Both the position numbers and the translations under genes were made by a program. From the NCBI GenBank assembly GCA_023249225.1, contig JAHFDA010000006.1:1349-65348 (forward strand): a stretch of DNA of 64,000 nucleotides, written 5' to 3'. Within the stretch, counting starts at the first letter, position 1. Each line of letters begins with the position of its first letter. The notes beneath the pieces were generated by a model, which was not told the DNA's origin, did no database searches, and worked only from the letters and a program-made list of their open reading frames with translations. Positions 59,893-64,000 of this stretch are shown here, one piece after another. This DNA comes from a bacterium. GTDB lineage: Bacteria; Margulisbacteria; Marinamargulisbacteria; JAHFDA01.

Positions 59893-60629
59893 TATTGCCC
59901 CGTCCAATTGATGCAAAACACAAAGCATGGATGTACCGGGTGCTGGTCGAAATTGCCGACGATAAGCAACTACTTAACATATTGCGTTTTAAAGGCGGCA
60001 CTTGTGCGGCCATGCTGGGATGGCTCGACCGTTTTTCCATCGATTTAGACTTTGATTTTATAGGTGATCATTCAAGCGTGGGAGATGTCAGGTCTAAGCT
60101 GGAGCAGTTGTTTAAAGCGTTAGGGTTGGAGATTAAAGACCGCAGTGACAGTGGTATTCAATATTTTCTAAAGTATGCTGCACCCCAGAACCAACGTAAT
60201 AGTTTAAAAGTAGAGGCCAGCTTTCCGGTGCCGCGATGTAACCAATACCAGAGCATGTATTTTTCGGAAATTGAACGGACACTGTGGTGTCAGAGCCGTG
60301 AGTGCATGTTTGCTAATAAACTGGTGGCGGTATTGGATCGTTGGGCAAAGCACCATTCATTGGCCGGACGCGACATTTATGATATTCATTATTTTTTTAT
60401 CAATGCCGTACCATATTTGGCGACAGTCATTGAGGAGCGGCGCGGTACAGACCTGGTTTCATTTTTTAGCGAACTTCGGGATTTTATTAAAAAAAGATTT
60501 AATTCAGTGGTTATTCAGCAAGATATCAATATGCTGCTGCCACACAAAAAGTTTAAAACGTTTTATAAACACGTGGTACCCGAAACAGTGCGCTTGATCG
60601 ATGAAGAGATGATTCGCTTAAAACGTTAA
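59889..60629 (+). CDS. AbiEii/AbiGii-family nucleotidyltransferase toxin (DUF1814)
   Basis: LRFKGGTCAAMLGWLDRFSIDLDFDF is the characteristic N-terminal NTase motif of the AbiEii family. Confidence 0.7.
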   Translation: MILPRPIDAKHKAWMYRVLVEIADDKQLLNILRFKGGTCAAMLGWLDRFSIDLDFDFIGDHSSVGDVRSKLEQLFKALGLEIKDRSDSGIQYFLKYAAPQNQRNSLKVEASFPVPRCNQYQSMYFSEIERTLWCQSRECMFANKLVAVLDRWAKHHSLAGRDIYDIHYFFINAVPYLATVIEERRGTDLVSFFSELRDFIKKRFNSVVIQQDINMLLPHKKFKTFYKHVVPETVRLIDEEMIRLKR

Positions 60630-60639
60630 CCGCACCGTA

Positions 60640-60708
60640 AGCACTATTCATACTTTACTCGTAGCGGGTTCCCGTGTGTAATAGTCCGCTTCATATGCGT
60701 GAATAATC
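60640..60708. repeat. Dispersed repeat copy B (about 69 bp)
   Basis: TTCATACTTTACTCGTAGCGGGTTCCCGTGTGTAATAGTCCGCTTCATATGCGTGAATAATCCG is near-identical to copy A. Confidence 0.8.
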
Positions 60709-60712
60709 CGTT

Positions 60713-60949
60713 TTACTTTAGCCAATGTTCAATATCGTCCAGGTATTTTTTCCAGGGTAGTACCTTTACCGCGCCGAGCATATACGTGTTTTCAGCCGTG
60801 CAGACCGCATAGGTGGGGACATCTGGTTGATCCGCCGCAAATGAACGTAACCCGGAGAGATGCGCCGAAGTCACATTGGGCGTCCATTTGATTTCAAAAG
60901 CAGCCACCATGCGGTTGCGTTCGCTTTTTTCCCACGCGGGCATACCCAA
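60713..60949 (-). pseudogene. Remnant (C-terminal DUF4143 part only) of an AAA+ ATPase/DUF4143 gene
   Basis: AFEIKWTPNVTSAHLSGLRSFAADQ...YAVCTAENTYMLGAVKVLPWKKYL matches the DUF4143 C-terminus. The N-terminal AAA domain is absent. Confidence 0.4.
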
Positions 60950-61012
60950 GTTATAGCCGAATATTTAAGTTATAGCCAATTTATGCTATAACTATGTATA
61001 ACTTAGTATAGT
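60948..61012. promoter_or_regulatory. Iteron-like repeats: AAGTTATAGCC twice in direct orientation, an inverted GCTATAACT and a partial ATAACTTA, upstream of the ATPase gene
   Basis: Read directly from the sequence. The repeats lie 30-90 bp upstream of the GTG start at 61041 and are candidate operator sites. Confidence 0.3.
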
Positions 61013-61040
61013 CGGACAAATTCCGAAGCGAGGCATTTTC

Positions 61041-62249
61041 GTGGAAAAAGTTAAAAACCCATTTTCCCCTGGAGCTGGATCACCCCCACCCGAACTAGTT
61101 GGGAGAGACGAAATTATTGAAGGAGCGAGGGTTTTGTTTGACCGTGTTAAACATGGGCGTTCTGAAAAAAGTATGATCTTGGTTGGGCTAAGAGGGGTCG
61201 GGAAGACAGTTTTACTCAATGAATTGATGCGCGAAGCCAAGAGGTCTGATTGTCATACGATCATGATTGAAGCTCACGAGGGAAAATCTCTTGCAGCTCT
61301 GTTAACACCGTATCTTCGAACAACCCTTTTTGGTTTGGATCGAATAGCCAATATGAGCGATAAAGCCCGCAGAGGCCTTGCGGTACTTAAAGGGTTTATT
61401 GGAGCGGTGAAGGTTAAGGTTTCAGAAATTGAAATAGGGTTGGATATTGACGCGGAGCAAGGGGTAGCGGATAGCGGAGATCTGGAATCTGATTTGCCAA
61501 ATCTTTTTATTGCGGTGGCAGAGGCCGCACAGGAACGAAATACCGTCATCGTATTACTTCTCGACGAAATTCAATACCTGTCTGAAAAAGAATTGAGTGC
61601 ATTGATCATGGCAATGCATAAAATGCAGCAGCTTCAACTACCATTAATTCTCATTGGGGCAGGGCTCCCAATATTAACTCGCATGGCCGGGGAGTCCAAA
61701 TCATATGCGGAACGTCTTTTTGAATTTCCGGCCATTGGACCTCTTTCAAAATCCGATGCCTATAAGGCATTGGTTGATCCCGTTAAAAATGCAGGAGTAG
61801 AATTTAATAAAAATGCGGTGGATGAGATATTTCGTGTAACAAAAGGGTACCCTTATTTTATTCAAGAGTGGGGATACCAAGCGTGGAATCATGCCGAAGG
61901 AAGCGCGATAGTGTTATCGGATGTCCAGAAGACAACAAAATTAGTAATAGCACGACTTGATGCCAATTTTTTTCGAGTACGTTTCGATCGACTTACACCC
62001 AGTGAAAAAAGATATTTAAGAGCCATGGCACAGCTCGGTCCCGAAGCACATCGTTCGGGAGATATTGCAGAAATGCTAGGTGTCAAGCTAAGTACGGTAG
62101 CGCCAACAAGAGCCAATCTCATTAACAAGGGGATGATTTACAGTCCGACGTACGGGGACATGGCTTTTTCTGTGCCACTTTTTGACGAGTATATGCGGCG
62201 GGCAATGCCCGAGAATGAAGCCGGTCAAAGAAAATCAAAAGGCATGTAA
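61041..62249 (+). CDS. AAA-family ATPase of the Arch_ATPase/DUF234 type
   Basis: The N-terminal NPFSPGAGSPPPELVGRDEII and a Walker A motif LVGLRGVGKT are the hallmark of PF01637-type ATPases. Confidence 0.65.
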   Translation: MEKVKNPFSPGAGSPPPELVGRDEIIEGARVLFDRVKHGRSEKSMILVGLRGVGKTVLLNELMREAKRSDCHTIMIEAHEGKSLAALLTPYLRTTLFGLDRIANMSDKARRGLAVLKGFIGAVKVKVSEIEIGLDIDAEQGVADSGDLESDLPNLFIAVAEAAQERNTVIVLLLDEIQYLSEKELSALIMAMHKMQQLQLPLILIGAGLPILTRMAGESKSYAERLFEFPAIGPLSKSDAYKALVDPVKNAGVEFNKNAVDEIFRVTKGYPYFIQEWGYQAWNHAEGSAIVLSDVQKTTKLVIARLDANFFRVRFDRLTPSEKRYLRAMAQLGPEAHRSGDIAEMLGVKLSTVAPTRANLINKGMIYSPTYGDMAFSVPLFDEYMRRAMPENEAGQRKSKGM

Positions 62250-62282
62250 TAGTCCGCTTCATATGCGTGAATAATCCGGGTT
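62248..62282. repeat. Dispersed repeat copy C (35-bp core) flanked by a GGCATG/CATGCC inverted pair, starting at the ATPase stop codon
   Basis: GTAATAGTCCGCTTCATATGCGTGAATAATCCGGG is identical to the core of copies A and B. Confidence 0.8.
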
Positions 62283-62578
62283 AAGCATGCCATAAAAAGG
62301 GAGCTGCCCGATACCTTTAATTGCGGGTTTTCAAGTGCCCGGGGACAGTGAAGGCTCTTGCTGGTACCGGGGCTGCAATTTTAAGAAATTCTGGGAGCGC
62401 CAAAAAAGTCCTGATTCATTATTGGGCTTGGCGGGCGCAATCCCCCTTCTGCCCGCCTTGAACCGGAGTGGAAAGGACAATTTTTCCTTCAACTGCGTTC
62501 AGGATGGTGAGCTTGTCGAATCCACAACGTCGTTTTGAGGAGGTATGATAAAACAGCGAAGTTGGTTCCCACCACACA

Positions 62579-62920
62579 TCACTTTCTATTTTTTGAAGCC
62601 TTAGCTTGTTTATTAAAGTTGAGCGCCACTTCGATCCAATACTCAAAATCTTTTTGCTGCATGAGACCATTTGGACTCACGAGCAGGAACCCCCGTACTT
62701 TTCTTTTCATCATATCCATTTCGTGACAGCCCTTTTTCTCAAGCGCCTTTTCGTGCATTGCGGGATCCAAGCGAACCATGAGCTCGTCCTTGATAATTCC
62801 CACGCACATTTTGCCGTTTACCATAAACGTCAACCCGCCCATCATTTTCTTTTCTTCGACGCGTCGCACTTTCGAAAATACATTCCTAAGTCGATTTGCT
62901 AATTTTTCGTCGTAGGCCAT
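62579..62920 (-). CDS. TfoX N-terminal domain protein
   Basis: MAYDEKLANRLRNVF...MMGGLTFMVNGKMCVGI matches the TfoX_N family pattern. Confidence 0.6.
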   Translation of the reverse strand: MAYDEKLANRLRNVFSKVRRVEEKKMMGGLTFMVNGKMCVGIIKDELMVRLDPAMHEKALEKKGCHEMDMMKRKVRGFLLVSPNGLMQQKDFEYWIEVALNFNKQAKASKNRK

Positions 62921-62926
62921 AGGGAT

Positions 62927-63382
62927 TTAGGATGCGGTTGCACCCGTCTCGACATAACTTTTCAGCTTCCCAAGTGCATCGTCAATGATTTGTGAAAACT
63001 TGCGGCGCATAATAAGTGTATTCATGATTTTGCCAGCGATGCCAAACTTTAAATCGTATTCAGTGTCGGATATGAGTAGCGTGCTATCTCCGCCTTTTTC
63101 GAGTCCATTTGTCCACCGCATAAAGACCAGCGGCCATTGGTGCTCATATAGCTCGAAGCTGATTGATTTATTTGGCTCAAACGCAGTAACGCGCTCTTCA
63201 ACGAATTTCCCATCCTTGAAGTCGCAGTGACGCGCCGAACCCACCCCCTCCTTGTTTGATGAGATGATTTTCACAGTTTTGACCAACGGATTGGTAAACC
63301 TTACCGATTCAAGATCGGCGAGCGTGCGAAAGACTTTTTCGACAGGCGCATTAATTGTTATTTCGTGATGAAGTTTTGTCAT
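62927..63382 (-). CDS. SRPBCC family (polyketide_cyc2-like) protein
   Basis: MTKLHHEITINAPVEKVFRTLADLESV is a typical SRPBCC N-terminus. The start is taken at MTKL. Confidence 0.55.
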   Translation of the reverse strand: MTKLHHEITINAPVEKVFRTLADLESVRFTNPLVKTVKIISSNKEGVGSARHCDFKDGKFVEERVTAFEPNKSISFELYEHQWPLVFMRWTNGLEKGGDSTLLISDTEYDLKFGIAGKIMNTLIMRRKFSQIIDDALGKLKSYVETGATAS

Positions 63383-64000
63383 AAATATATTGTACTCCGG
63401 GACTACAAACGCGCCATACACAATGCTGTACGACTATGAATTGCATGTAAGCTATGACGAGTTGCGGGTGCTGGTCTTTGCCTTGGATCAGGGTCAACGG
63501 GTCTATCAACAACGCTCACGTCAGGGGCGTTTAAAAAAGATTCTTACGTACAACCTCAATCTTACGTTGGCCATGCAAAAGAAGTTGGAACCATCAAGAA
63601 AAATGACTGCTTTTGCGGTAAATCCAAGATACGATGGGACATGGATTTAATATCACCATGTAAATTTAAAGTAGTTAATTAAAATTACATTGTAAATTAT
63701 TATAATATCCTTAAAAATGAAAAATTGCCTGGGCCTATCAGTCAACGGCGGGGGTGTCGGTGTTGGCGGTAAAGTAACGAGCCTGGTTGGCGTCAAACGT
63801 CCGTAACTGCCTGCCCCATCAATTTCCCTTGGGTGCCCGATAATCCGTAGTATCAATGCACGCGTCATAAAGTTTCTTATCAATTTTGACCCAAGCGGTT
63901 CCATTAATACCGCGCCTGTTTTTGGATGCAGGACTATCCGGGAAGGCAGATTCAAGCCTAAGCCATCGAGAGCTGTCTCTGGAAATCGCCTTTACTTCAT

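Noticed and set aside
62283-62578. ORFs 62335..62538 (+) and 62419..62670 (-), and a GGCGGGC...GCCCGCC hairpin at about 62440-62465
   Set aside because: The ORFs are short, overlap each other and have no motifs. The hairpin lacks a U-tract and no tRNA-like structure is evident. I left the region as a non-coding spacer.
63653-63955. 100-aa minus-strand ORF with a Pro/Thr-rich low-complexity stretch at the window edge
   Set aside because: Its composition is atypical (PPTPTPPPL and an Ile-rich tail) and it has no motifs. A real gene may run off the window end on the minus strand, but it cannot be supported from what is visible.

Overview
This 64-kb window is a bacterial chromosomal segment of roughly 50% GC, with dense, mostly non-overlapping coding on both strands. 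About half of it is conserved housekeeping sequence. That half includes lysine/DAP genes (a dapL-type aminotransferase and dapF), miaA, an rpsP-KH(ylqC)-ylqD-trmD-rplS ribosomal operon that lacks rimM, lepB, radA, a clpC-like Hsp100, smc, folD, manC and metG. It also holds a scattered futalosine-route menaquinone gene set (mqnA, two MqnC/MqnE radical-SAM genes, an amidohydrolase, ubiA-like, ubiX and ubiE/menG). Accessory modules sit between these genes. They are a Fic plus Bro-N/DinD-like pair, a roughly 10-kb ORFan island with AT-rich spacers and paralogous protein families, a ParE/RelE toxin-antitoxin pair, two tandem FG-GAP/MopE-motif lipoproteins, an AbiEi/AbiEii pair, a DUF4143 remnant and an Arch-type ATPase. 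A roughly 70-bp repeat occurs three times and bounds two of these gene blocks. A tandem heptamer (GCGTGAA)3-4 occurs at two menaquinone-cluster positions. The single most unusual item is a 958-aa ORF (14648-17524) carrying a divergent RelA/SpoT-like nucleotidyltransferase core inside otherwise unrecognisable sequence. I found no rRNA, tRNA or CRISPR array by eye. All calls rest on translated-motif recognition only; no database search was run.
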